DNA of 57,477 nucleotides, filler included, from Chloroflexota bacterium (GTDB taxonomy: Bacteria > Chloroflexota > Chloroflexia > QHBQ01), in the NCBI GenBank assembly GCA_043754535.1. It is 4 parts of 4 records of this genome, joined end to end, with 100 filler letters (N's around TTAATTAATTAA, not from the genome) between each part and the next. Parts side by side here need not be neighbours in the genome. Positions count along the whole stretch, not along the records: positions 29,050 to 57,477 come from JAYUUN010000104.1; 3 more parts are not named here. One strand, given 5' to 3'. The position numbers and the translations under genes were made by a program. The notes below the pieces were generated by a model. That model made no database searches, was not told the DNA's origin, and saw only the letters and a program-made list of their open reading frames with translations. This document shows positions 41,854 to 52,491 of the stretch, one piece after another (the stretch's first letter is position 1; every line of letters starts with the position of its first letter).

Positions 41854-42026
41854 GGGTAGCTAGCAAGGCAGTACTAGCAGCCAACCATGTACTTTGCCGT
41901 CCGAGATCACGGTCTGGGTCGCGCAAGGCTGGGCTGTAGGTTGACGCTGGGGCGGCGCGACTGCTACAATGGTGGTAGACAGATAGCCCGCTGCCAAGCG
42001 GTAGCCAGTAGATGGGAGCGCAGAGC

Positions 42027-42381
42027 ATGAGCAAGCAAGTAGGGTCGCTGCTAATGGTGGTGATCATCTTCAGCCTGTTGGTCGGCGGTCAGCCAGCCGC
42101 CAGTCAGCCAGTAGCGGCCAGCCAACCAGTAGCTAGCCAGCCGCAGCCAGTGGTAGCGGTGGTCAGCCGCAGTGCAGCTGAGCGCAAGCTAGACCCCGAA
42201 CTGCTGGCCCAGCTTGCCAGCAAACCAACGCGCCTGGAGTACCTGGTCTTCCTCAGCACCGAGGTGAACACTGGCAACGACATCAGCCCGCTACGTTGGG
42301 CGGCCAAGGGAGAGTACGTCTACCGCACCCTGGTAGTGGCGGCGGAGCGCAGCCAGGCCAGCCTCAAGCAGCAGCTTAGCA
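42027..42381 (+). pseudogene. Truncated secreted protein (subtilase-prodomain-like N-terminus)
   Basis: Signal peptide, QPVAAS repeats, RKLDPELL..EYLVFL..KGEYVYRTL..AERSQASL, then broken by the intron remnant. Confidence 0.5.
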
Positions 42382-42597
42382 CACATCGAACCGCGCAGTA
42401 GAGGCGGGACAGACATGTACAACAACAGCCAGCTACTCCACCGGCACTATCACGACAGCAAGACAGCGAACGACGGTAGTTTGCAGCGTAGTGGTACTAG
42501 TGACAAGAGCCAGCCTAACGAGGGACCGGATGAGGGAAAACGTTCACGTCCGGTTTTGCAGCCAAGCGGGGCGGTCGACCGCCTCGCTTAGGGTAAC
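42382..42597 (+). mobile_element. Group II intron 3' remnant (IEP HNH tail, domains V and VI)
   Basis: HIEPRSRGGTDMYNNSQLLHRHYHDSKTANDG...EGPDEGKRSRPVL; DV GGACCGGATGAGGGAAAACGTTCACGTCCGGTTT; DVI AGCGGGGCGG..CCGCCTCGCTTAGGGTAAC. Confidence 0.85.
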
Positions 42598-43141
42598 GGA
42601 TCGTCGCAATCTGGGGGCAACCACAATCTTGTTCTCTTTGCGCTCAACTGGCACCTGGGCCAGCACTACCCCGTTGGCGGGCAAGTAGACAGCAAGCAGG
42701 TGTACGCCTCGGCTGCGTTCGGCAAGGGTCACATAGTGCATCAGCTTGCCATTGATGGCAAGTAGCTGTTCATCTCGCGCCAATGGCTGTCCAGCCTGAC
42801 TAGCGGTGGTGAAGTAGTGACTGAAGACTTGCTCAAGATCAGCGGCGGCTACAGCCTCATGCAGCAGGTGCAGCCAAGTAGTACAAGCTGGCATCTGCGC
42901 CCAGGGCAACCAGTCGGTCAGCCAGTCAGGTCAGCGGCCCACTCAGCAACGGCAGCTATGGTATCCTGATGGCGAAGTTTAGTCAACAAGAAGATGACAA
43001 GGGCTGGGGCAAGTTGATAACGACGACCTTGCAGGCCACGCTGATCAGCGACGGTTTGGAACTGGGCAAGTAGGGTTGTGAGGTCGAGAGCAAGCGGGGC
43101 AGTAGGCAGAGGGGGAAGCAAGGGGTTATATCATAACCCAT
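42598..43141 (-). mobile_element. ISAs1-family transposase pseudogene
   Basis: DQRGLQGRRYQL..AAVAEWA; LAINGK..VHLLAVY..GVVLAQVPVERKENKI; frameshifted and truncated at the intron junction. Confidence 0.8.
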
Positions 43142-43248
43142 GTGAGAACCTCTCTATCGGAGTTGATGATGTGCTGACACCATCACACAAGAAAAGTCCT
43201 TAGTTTGCTTGTTTTCTCGCACAAACCTTATAGCTTACCACTTAGCTA

Positions 43249-43277
43249 TTGACACATACTAGCTCCTGTGCTATAAT
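43249..43277 (+). promoter_or_regulatory. Consensus sigma70 promoter
   Basis: TTGACA-17 bp-TATAAT with TG extension, about 250 nt upstream of ATG 43532. Confidence 0.8.
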
Positions 43278-43531
43278 GCTGTTATCAGCAGAAGCTGGTC
43301 GGGAACCTAGAAGTTACAAGCTGCTCCCTTAGCCGTAAGTTGCTATTCTTAGTGGGAATTGCTCTGCATTCTGTACATACCTTACACTGCGAGTAGTTCA
43401 TCGGATTGGTGTATGTGCGAAAGAGTCTGGGTTGTGTGTACGTGGTAACGAGATGTTTGCTGGTCAAGTGATTGGCGTGCAGCGATGTGGTGGCTTCAGT
43501 AGAAAGTTTCTCAGAGAAGGGTGGTCTAGAG

Positions 43532-46270
43532 ATGCACAAGGCGCGTCGTCAACTTACAGGTATTCTTCTGATCGCTGTACTAGTTAGTCTTGCCTCTACG
43601 TCCGTATCGGCTGCAGCAAGCCACAGCCATATCCTGTATGGAACAGCTACTTCGCCCGGTGGGAAGGCAGTGCAGGACAGCTCCCCACAGAACCTTGCTA
43701 CTGCCACCATTTCAGTGGATCGGGAAGAGGTCGCAGCGAACAGCACGGCCACGATCTACCTAAACTGGAACATCTGGGGTGCTGCTCGCATCGACGAACA
43801 CGTCTATAGTGGTACCGACTACTCTGCTTCGGGTACTATCATCCAAGTCAACAGCCCGATGCTCTCAAACCAACCAGCCTCGGCGTACAACTTTACCCGC
43901 AGCGTAAGCGTCACTAGTGCAGATCCAGTACGCACCTATGTCTACCGCATCTTCGATCAGGGAAGCAACAACATTGCTCAGGCCCACATAGTGGTGCGCT
44001 ACACTACGAAGCCGGTAGATAATGAGTACGTCTCTGCTTACTCCAACTTCCTTGCCTATGACGCACCAGGCGGACCGGGATGGTGCCTGGATGACGCAGC
44101 GTGGCTAACTAACACACAACAAGGTCGGGCTGCTACTGCTGCCGAGTTTAACAACGTATACAACGCGTTGAAGGCCAGTACCCCTAACAATGCCAAGTCC
44201 CCAGCGGTTGCAGTCGCAGTGATTGCCTTTCGCTACCGGAACGACGAGTCCGACCCTAACGGGGTACGCAACTTCAGTTGCATCGGCAAGAAGATAAAGC
44301 ACGTGCTTGATACTGCTGAGTACACTGGTATCCCGGTAGAGCTGCACATTAGCTTCATTAACCACTTCGTTGAAGAGAGACCTGACCTCTGGAACTTTTG
44401 GTATGATGGGACAGGCAATCCCAACTGGTTGAGTACGTACCAGACCAATTCTGGTGATAATGACTACCTTACTTATGTAGCTGGCAAGCGTAATCCTCAG
44501 AACTATATCAACGTTGAGTGGACCGGTACTGGCACCAGCAGCGATGCGAGTAGCAAAGCGATGAAGGATCGCTACCTGGGCTGGGCTGAGAACGGCTTTG
44601 GTACCGGTTATGGTGCTCCCACACTCAACATAGCGAGTGCCACTATACAGCAAGCGGTGTGGGACATTATTACCAACCAGGTTAAGCCTGCGCTGACCAA
44701 CAGACTTGCGGTCTGGCACCAGCAAGACAGGGATTGGCTCCTTGCGGGCTTGACCGGCGGAGTTGAGGACGGCTTTGTGAGCCAGATGTGCGGCTCGGCT
44801 GGTCAAGCACTATGCCTCTACTCTGGCACCAATCCCCCCCCTGCTGGTCGTGTTTATCTACCAGGCTTCGACAAGGTGCGGACTTATGGTAACATGGCTT
44901 GGATGAGCCTTGGTTGTCCCGCTGGCACTGCCCCCTGCAGCAACCCCGTTGGGGACAAGATCAATACCCTCCGAAACATGCTCTACGCGTATGAGAAGAG
45001 CCTCTACCAGCGGCTCAACTTCGAAGTGGGTATCCCCCGGGAGAAACTCTACACCCACAGCAACTGCGTTGAGAACGATCAATATACAGGTGCGACCAGC
45101 GACTTCACCACCGCCGCCTTTAATGAGTTTGCCCAGTTCGGAGCTAGCTTCTATCGTACTTCCGGTGTGTTTGTCTGTCCTAGCCTAAGCAGTTACCTCA
45201 ACACCAATAATCATGATAGCTGGATGATTGCAGAGGCTGGAGCAGATGATGTGCAGAACGAAATGCTGCCCATCCTACAGAACACTAGCTACAACCTGCC
45301 TAACAACCGGCTCTCCGTCATTGCTGGATACGAGGGCTTGATTGGAGCCGCCCAGTCGGCTGTTCGAAGCTACATGGGTAGCACCACACGCATCTTGCAA
45401 GGTAAATACTACGGTGGAGCGATCAGCGTAGTACCACTAGCGGTGCCAGGCTTTGATGACCAGACGACTAGTGCACCTAACTCACCGTTGACGGTGAACC
45501 TCAACTGGTGGGTGAGCAGCAATACGCCCGCTAACGGAGGCGGCGTGTACGCCTTGGTCAAGGTTTGGGCCGACTACTACTCGGACGGCACGCTTGATCA
45601 GGAGTACAACTTCGCTACCACGACCCAAACCTCGCAGCAGAGTCTAAGCCTCAATGTTGGTATGTCCACCTACGAGTGCAGCCGAACCTACTGGTTTGAG
45701 CTACTCGGTGGTTTTAACTACTCATACCGCATTGCTCGCCAAAAGTTCGTAGTCTACAACTCAAACTGCACGCCCTACAACAGCAGTGTGGCATTGCTAC
45801 CTGCAAAGATTCAAGCAGAAGACTTCGACAACGGTGGGGAAGGGCTAAGCTACCACGACACGGATGCCACCAATAATGGTGGTGCCTACCGAACCAACGT
45901 CGGTGTTGACCTATACAGTTGCAGCGGGTGCGGCAACAACACAACGGTTGGAGTGACATATGCAGGAGAATGGCTGGCGTATCAAGTGCGCTCTTCACAA
46001 CCAGCTACCTACAGCGTAGCTTTCGCCACCTCATCAGCAGGTGGTGGTGGCATCTTCCATTTGGAGGACGAACATGGCATCAACCTCACAGGTTCCATGA
46101 CTGTGCCGAACACAGGTGACTGGAACCACTACCTAGGTGTAACAAGCAGTAGCAGTTTCCGTCTAGGCAGTGGTCTACACCGGCTGAAGCTGGTAATGGA
46201 TAGTAACGGAGCGACTGGTTTCGTAGGTAACTTCGATTCCTTTAGTGTTACTCTCGATCCTAATCAATAA
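43532..46270 (+). CDS. Large secreted protein: putative glycoside-hydrolase-like core + C-terminal CBM6
   Basis: Signal peptide; C-terminal KIQAEDFDNGGEGLSYHDTD..YRTNVGVD..GEWLAY..PNTGDW CBM6 signature; Trp-rich central domain (RPDLWNFW, NVEWTG). Confidence 0.75.
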   Translation: MHKARRQLTGILLIAVLVSLASTSVSAAASHSHILYGTATSPGGKAVQDSSPQNLATATISVDREEVAANSTATIYLNWNIWGAARIDEHVYSGTDYSASGTIIQVNSPMLSNQPASAYNFTRSVSVTSADPVRTYVYRIFDQGSNNIAQAHIVVRYTTKPVDNEYVSAYSNFLAYDAPGGPGWCLDDAAWLTNTQQGRAATAAEFNNVYNALKASTPNNAKSPAVAVAVIAFRYRNDESDPNGVRNFSCIGKKIKHVLDTAEYTGIPVELHISFINHFVEERPDLWNFWYDGTGNPNWLSTYQTNSGDNDYLTYVAGKRNPQNYINVEWTGTGTSSDASSKAMKDRYLGWAENGFGTGYGAPTLNIASATIQQAVWDIITNQVKPALTNRLAVWHQQDRDWLLAGLTGGVEDGFVSQMCGSAGQALCLYSGTNPPPAGRVYLPGFDKVRTYGNMAWMSLGCPAGTAPCSNPVGDKINTLRNMLYAYEKSLYQRLNFEVGIPREKLYTHSNCVENDQYTGATSDFTTAAFNEFAQFGASFYRTSGVFVCPSLSSYLNTNNHDSWMIAEAGADDVQNEMLPILQNTSYNLPNNRLSVIAGYEGLIGAAQSAVRSYMGSTTRILQGKYYGGAISVVPLAVPGFDDQTTSAPNSPLTVNLNWWVSSNTPANGGGVYALVKVWADYYSDGTLDQEYNFATTTQTSQQSLSLNVGMSTYECSRTYWFELLGGFNYSYRIARQKFVVYNSNCTPYNSSVALLPAKIQAEDFDNGGEGLSYHDTDATNNGGAYRTNVGVDLYSCSGCGNNTTVGVTYAGEWLAYQVRSSQPATYSVAFATSSAGGGGIFHLEDEHGINLTGSMTVPNTGDWNHYLGVTSSSSFRLGSGLHRLKLVMDSNGATGFVGNFDSFSVTLDPNQ

Positions 46271-46544
46271 CGTATCATGGCCCAACTTGGGCCATGCTTC
46301 CACCCAGGTATGGCATCATGCTGGTATTCGCCTAACTAGTGGTTAGTTGTTGAATGTGGTAGAGTACATCTGGAGCATCTTTAAGCAAAGAGTGTTGGAT
46401 GGGCAGCACTTACAAAGAGCCAGCCCTGATTACACTAATCTTGGAGGCGGTAGCAGCTCACTAGAAACGACAGCCGAATTTGCTCCAGTGGAGTGGGCGG
46501 CAAGTAGCGCAACAAGCGACCAGTGCTATAGCAAAAAGATGGAT

Positions 46545-47849
46545 ATGAAGCGCAAGTTTAACGTAACCAACCTGTTTGTGGCAGTAGCTACCCTAATGCT
46601 GCTTTGCGTACAAATCACACCTACCCCTGTTCAGGCTTCCGTCATCTGCGACGCAAACAACACCTATACATTCACGTACAATCCTGCGGTTATAGATTGG
46701 TACTATCTGCTTCAGTCTGCTGTGGATAACTGGCCTTGTGTGGTGATGCCAGCTGGGGTTTACACGGTTGGCAGTCCCGTGAACATTCCTTCGAACAGAC
46801 AACTGAGAGGTAGTAGCGCAACTGAGACCATCATAAAGGCTGCTGACGGATTCAATCAGGCCAACACGGGTGTTCTAACCACAAAGTTGGTCGTTGACTC
46901 ACAAGGTAATGATACTAGTGCTAACGTCAACATCAGCAATCTTACAGTTGATGGTAACAATCATGCTAGTTCTGGCTGCTGCAATGGACCCAGTTACGGC
47001 GTTATACTAAGTGGTAGCAGCCACACCTTGGATGCAGTAACTATCACAGGAGCTAGGTGCGTTGGCTTGTCTGTCCTCGGTAGGGATGTACGTGTGCAGA
47101 ACAGCACGATATCGCACAACGGTGTACCAGCTACTTTGGGCGGGCAAGCACCTTGGTGTGGTGCGCCTCAGTTTGATGGTAAGTATCAACGAGCAGGTAT
47201 CTATATGCAATACGACCGTCAGCATGGGGGGCCGAGCCGGAACCTTAATCCTGTGATCGTGAACACCCGGGTAGAGTACAACACTGGCCCTGGTATGGAC
47301 ATCAATGCTGTTTGGGGTGGGTGGGTTGTAGGGAGTTCGATTAGCGGCAACGAAGGATACGCCGAAATCTCGCTTGGTGGGGCTAATAGCTGGCATATCA
47401 GTGATCGAGATCCTAGTGGTACCTACAGAGGTAGGAATGAGATTCATGCCAGTAGCTGGAATGTTGATACGGGAGTGATAGACGGGAATGATCAAACTCA
47501 CTACCAGTGCTTGAAAGGACCTGGAGGCATCAAGCATGCAGGCGTGCTGATCTGTAACTACTTCGACTTTGTATCTGCTGCTGGTGATGGTGGTCGTTAC
47601 AATATCATTGAGAACAGCAACATTTCAGCCTTTTACGCTGTAATTGCCAGCGGCTCAACTAATGGATGCTGTACCTACGTAGCAATCCAGAACACCATCG
47701 CTGGGAACAATGTCATTGGATCTAGTGGATACGGCCTGGTTGAGCGTAAGCCATTGCCAAATTGGAGTAGCTCCCAAAATACTTGGGCTGGTAACTATGC
47801 CTACTACAACGGCACCTCAACCCCAGTTGCAGCACAGCTCTTCTACTAG
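46545..47849 (+). CDS. Secreted right-handed beta-helix (pectin-lyase-fold) protein
   Basis: Signal peptide ending VQA; LQSAVD..MPAGVY..LRG..TIIK, NVNISNLTVDGN, repeated xxNxxIxxN strands. Confidence 0.75.
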   Translation: MKRKFNVTNLFVAVATLMLLCVQITPTPVQASVICDANNTYTFTYNPAVIDWYYLLQSAVDNWPCVVMPAGVYTVGSPVNIPSNRQLRGSSATETIIKAADGFNQANTGVLTTKLVVDSQGNDTSANVNISNLTVDGNNHASSGCCNGPSYGVILSGSSHTLDAVTITGARCVGLSVLGRDVRVQNSTISHNGVPATLGGQAPWCGAPQFDGKYQRAGIYMQYDRQHGGPSRNLNPVIVNTRVEYNTGPGMDINAVWGGWVVGSSISGNEGYAEISLGGANSWHISDRDPSGTYRGRNEIHASSWNVDTGVIDGNDQTHYQCLKGPGGIKHAGVLICNYFDFVSAAGDGGRYNIIENSNISAFYAVIASGSTNGCCTYVAIQNTIAGNNVIGSSGYGLVERKPLPNWSSSQNTWAGNYAYYNGTSTPVAAQLFY

Positions 47850-48009
47850 GGTGTCATTACCATAGAACGAGGGGAAAGATGGGAACAACTAGTTACCGAC
47901 TTCTTCCAAGCTCAACGACTACGTTACTGGGCTAGTTGCCTCCCCCTTACCAACCCGTGCTGGCCTTTGAGGGTAAGACCTTGCGCGGCCCTATCTCCTC
48001 TGGACAAGC

Positions 48010-48560
48010 GTAAGGTGAACACCTGCTGGCTGTCTATGACCCTGCACTAGGCATGGTGCTGAAGCAGTGCACGGTGGGTGAGAAACCAACAAAATCCGGC
48101 TTGCTCGCGAGTTGTTGGCTGCGCCTGGTTTGCAGTATACCATCATCACTGATGCTATGCATGCCCAACCCGCTTTGTGCAAACAATTAGTGGCACAAGG
48201 CGGTGACCACCTGCTGACGATAAAGAATAACCAGTTGATCTTGCTGGAAGGAATTAGCTAACTGTTTGCTCAGGAGCAAGTAGTTCAGCCAGGGATAGAC
48301 TTTATGGTTGGTGAACAGCACAACAAGGGGCATGACCGGGTGGAGAGCAGACGGCTGACCAGCAGCGCAATGTTAACGAGTTACACGCAGTGACTGGTAC
48401 TAGCCTAAGTGTTCAAGGTGGCTGAGACTGACCTAAATGTTCAAGATCGAGCGGGTCTGCAAGCGACTGGATGGTATTCTGTTGCGGTAGGAGGTAGGCT
48501 ATGGGGTGACCAGTTCGCGGGCAGAGTAGGCTAGTGCTGCGTGCTTGAAATGGTAGGGAT
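48010..48560 (+). mobile_element. Degraded ISAs1-family transposase fragment
   Basis: HLLAVYDPALGMVLKQ, TDAMHAQPALCKQL..GGDHLLTIKNNQ, KGHDRVESRRL across frames with stops. Confidence 0.75.
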
Positions 48561-49196
48561 GGTAAGCAATTGTAACCTGGCCGCCGCCCGATGGGAGTAC
48601 GCAGCGCGACCGTACAAGGTTCTACAACTGCTTACCCTTACCTCATGAGCTTGTTTCTCTCCTTCACTATGTTTGCACCTTGACAGTCGAACAGATAATC
48701 AGCAAGCGGTATGTCACCACTCCGACATATAGATGTTATCCTAGTCTGAGGCTGGAGGTGCGCCATGCCTAAGCCTATTATGTGCCTTGCCGACACCCTG
48801 CACCAGTACGCTCAGGTCTATACGCGCTGGTTCTTTCCGTACACCAGCCTCCACTTCGTAATCGTGTTGCGGGCTCTAGTCGAGGCGCAAGGTCACCGTA
48901 GCCTCTCCACCCTGCACCACAGATTGCGGTAGGCAAGCCCAGCTTAGAGGCACTTCCCCTCCTCTCTATGGGTCCCACTGGCCGTCAGCCCAAGTTGCTG
49001 CTCTTTGGCTCACCCATCACCGTACCAAGCTGCTTCCGCTGGTACTTCAGGCTCATCTGCAAACTGCCACAGTCTCAACCGAAGCGCAGGGGGTCGTCTT
49101 TGCAAGACCGTTTGCTCATCTGCTACGACTCGGTGCATCACAAGCCATGTGGTAAGCAGATAGGCAGAATGAGTCAGCACTATAGCGGTACGGTGA

Positions 49197-50815
49197 GGAA
49201 AATTGGCTAGTACAGCAGACACAGCTTGCCTTTTAGCCTGGGTTCCGGCTAGATATCGCGTTGACGGCGGTTCCAGCCCCACACGAACAGCTTCACCGCT
49301 TGGCTCAGACCATCCAGGCTTGACGTAACACTTTGTCTTATGATGCAGCCGTGCCAGGTAGTGCCGTAGTTCGCTGTTGCGTCTTTCTAATGTATGCGTG
49401 TCCCGCTTGCCGACACTGACTTCGTGCAACCCCGGCCACTTGAGCGCGGCATATGCTATCCGGTCATCCGAGTAGTAGCGGTCGGCTCCTGGCAGCCCAT
49501 CGATCACTGCTTGCAAGATTGCAGCATCAATGTTCCATAGCACCGCTTGCCCGACAATCAAACCCATGTAGTGTTTGACTGCCATAAAGAGGGAGACCCT
49601 GCTCTTCTTTCCAATGAAGCTATAAAGTTCATCTACGAGGGTCATGATCTGGCAGGTACCGCCGCGTCCGCTTAACCAGTGCTGGGGTCAAAGGCATCAA
49701 CTGGTTCAGCCAGACGGTCAGCGAGCGGTTGCCCCAATTAGCGACGGTTTGACGTGATGCAGATGGTTGTGCAAGCGAGCTACGGAAGGCTGACCTCACC
49801 CTTCCAAGTCAGGTATTACACCGATAGCATTGGCTGCCACTATGATTGAGACCACGCTTGTAAACAGCAGTATTGATTTGGCAGATGGGGCAGATTGGTT
49901 TGGTACCTGAGCTTTGTTGGGACTGGCTAATAGAAGGTAGTATGTGATACAATGTTGGTATGAAACGACGCAAAGAACGTGAAACTTGCCCTGATTGTCA
50001 GGCTAACGAGCGCACTTACTGTGCAGGCCACAACGACAGCGGTTCGCAACGCTGGTACTGCCCCGATTGCGACCGTAACTTCACCCCGCTGCCCAACGAC
50101 ATGGGCCACCCGCCAGAGGTACGCCGCCTAGCCCTGAACATGGTCGGTGAGGGGCTCGGCTACCGCGCTAGGGCACGCACACTGGGCATCACTCACCAGA
50201 CGGTTGCCAACTGGCACAAGGCTGACCAACAGCGGCTACCGGAGCAGCTTAACGACCAAACACCAACGGAGGTCATTGAGGTAGACGAACTGCACAGCTA
50301 CGCAGCTAAAAAGAAGAACCATGCTACGTTGTAGTGGCGGTGAGCCGCGTCAGCCGCTTGATTGGTGGCTGTGAAGTAGTTGAACACCGCGATAAGCCGA
50401 CGATGCAGTTGTTTGTGGCGGGGCTGCCCACCGCCCAAGTGTACTACAGTGATGGGCTACCGATCTACCGCAGCCTAGTGTGGCCGGGCAGCGGGCGGCA
50501 TGAAGTAAGCGACGGCAAGCGCAACACGTACACGGTGGAAGGGATGAATGCACAGTTCCGGCAGTACGTTAGCTTCTTGCGGCGCAAGACACAGGGCTAT
50601 AGCAAGTGTATCGAACGCCTACGGGAGGCAGTCGCGTGGTTTGTGTACTACTGGAACCGGCGGCAACGACTGTATCTACAAAACCGGGCATTGCGAGGGC
50701 GGCTGGGTTTGCGTGCTTGCTAGTCCAACACCACCTCTTATTAGCCAGTCCCGCTTTGTGCAAACGTGAGCAGATGTTCCATATCTGGTAAACTGGGTTA
50801 CCTCTAACTCAGCCC
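49197..50815 (-). mobile_element. Degraded IS1-family element interrupted by a second IS1
   Basis: InsB-like VDELYSFIGKK..YYSD..THTLERRNSELRHYLARL; InsA CPIC..SGSQCYRC whose start (ATG 50782) lies beyond the nested element; boundaries approximate. Confidence 0.75.
49919..50752 (+). mobile_element. Apparently intact IS1-family element (insA 49960-50334; insB in -1 frame to 50723)
   Basis: 14-bp perfect TIR GGGACTGGCTAATA; flanking 8-bp duplication GCTTTGTT/GCTTTGTG; InsA CPDC..SGSQRWYCPDC + HTH; AAAAAG shift site at 50308; InsB YYSDG..NTYTVEGMN. Confidence 0.9.
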
Positions 50816-50833
50816 TGAAAGGAACACCCATCA

Positions 50834-51750
50834 ATGAATCATACCACAACCAACCTGCTTACACTCGATCAACCCGATACCACTGTCGCTTTGTCCTTGC
50901 TCGTTAACGTCTTTGAATGTGCCAACCAGGAGGGTTTCTGACAACCCTTTGCTCAGTTGGTTAGCCCCAAGATGAAAACCAAGTTTTATACTGTGCTCAA
51001 CAAGCTGCAAACCATTGTCGCCTCGATCATTGCTAATTGCCAGTTAAACAAAGAGATCAACAGCAAGCTGGTACCCGCCACTCTTGCGCCCAACTTGTTC
51101 GGCATGAGCCGCTTTCCTGACTAGAGCCATATCAACCGCTTGCGCCACTGCCTGAACGAAACCAACCTTGGCGAACTAGCCCTGGTGCATGGAGAACACC
51201 TGGCTCGCTACCAGCGGTCCACCCCTTTGCCCCAGAATAACGGCTACCTGGTAGTAGACATGGACCAAACTGGCCTGGTCGCTAACAGTAAGAGCTATCG
51301 ACTGGCCTGCAAGGGCTACTTCGCTAAGCGTACAGGGCTGCGCGGCTACCAGATGGCCTCGGCTTACTTGGGCAGCAGCGAAGTGACGCTATCGATGCAC
51401 CTTGCTCCTGGCAACACCCATTGTAGTAGCTAACTGCAAGCTCTGGTCAGCCAACGGTGGCCCGTTGCCCCACCAGTGGGCAGATAGTTTATCGGCTGGA
51501 TGCAGGCTATGGCTACAAGAGCCAACTCAACTGGCTGCAAGCAGAAGGTTACACCTACCTGTGCAAAGCAGCCGGGTGGCGGCACGACAAGTGGGCGGCA
51601 TGGGTGAGTAACTGGCAAGCGGTGGCGGAAGAGCCACGGGAGTGCAAGTAGGTGAGGTTGCCGTTGGACCACAGCCACGCCATCGTCTGTCAACTTGAGC
51701 GCGAGAAGCAGACCAGTTACAATGTGCTGCTGACCAACCTGCCAACCACC
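50834..51750 (+). mobile_element. DDE transposase pseudogene (IS1380/IS4-like)
   Basis: LVVDMDQTG..KGYF..GYQ, YRLDAGYG, VLLTNLP with several stops and frameshifts. Confidence 0.65.
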
Positions 51751-52336
51751 CACACGTCATTGCTGTCGACTGCGGACACTCCGTTGAGGTCTCCCAAGCC
51801 CATTACGTTGGTGATGAAAAGCCCACTGCTAACCATTCCAGTGCAAGATCACGGGCGAGTCCGCAGTAAAGCCGTTGTATCTGGCACCTACCGCCCACAC
51901 GTCGTTGGTGGTGAGTACAACCACGCCTTCAAACTAACTGTTGGTAGTATAATCGGGATATCAATAGTTGCTAATCTTTCAGTCTGCTAGTGCCGGAGCT
52001 TGCTCGCTGCTTCGTTGGTAGTGATAATCGGGATATCAATAATTGCTAATCAGTGTCATTCTAATGCCTCACTATCGAGTTGATGTTAAAACCCACTACC
52101 CCAACATCATTAGTGTTGACTGCGGCAACCACATGCAACTCGGGATAAGCATAAGGGTTGTATGAGCTGGCAGCATATGGATACGAGGCTAGCGGAGACC
52201 CCGTTGCGCTGGCTATTGCTGTCGCCTTTGCTTGTGGAGACCCGGCTTTTGCTGGCTGGCTGCTCATCGTCTGACCCAGCAAGGCCACCATCAAGATGGC
52301 TAGCATCCCGGCAGCCTTCAGATTGTGCTTCTGCAT
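51745..52336 (-). pseudogene. Secreted beta-propeller repeat protein pseudogene
   Basis: Signal peptide, then NDVGVVG..IVRH*, NDVWAVG..ILHWNG*QW and LNGVSAVDSNDVWVVG repeats with stops and frameshifts; 36-bp near-duplicate at 51941 and 52015. Confidence 0.7.
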
Positions 52337-52491
52337 TACCTTAAGCCTCCTCTAAATAGTGTTAGAACTTAGCGTAAGCCAGCCACAATGGTATGGCAGC
52401 CATCCGCTAATGGTTAGCTACTACACTATACATCTTCGCGTGTTGCTTTGTTAACGTGATGCTGTTTATACTTCTAGATGCGGGCTGACCA

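Noticed and set aside
42382..42597. Active retroelement (retron, DGR or intact intron)
   Set aside because: No reverse-transcriptase domain is present; only the intron 3' tail remains.
43278..43531. Riboswitch in the long leader of the CBM6 gene
   Set aside because: No riboswitch consensus recognisable by eye; an Rfam scan would be needed.
51941..52051. Two ~36-bp direct repeats as a mini-CRISPR
   Set aside because: Only two copies, lying within a decayed beta-propeller repeat gene; best explained as a local duplication.
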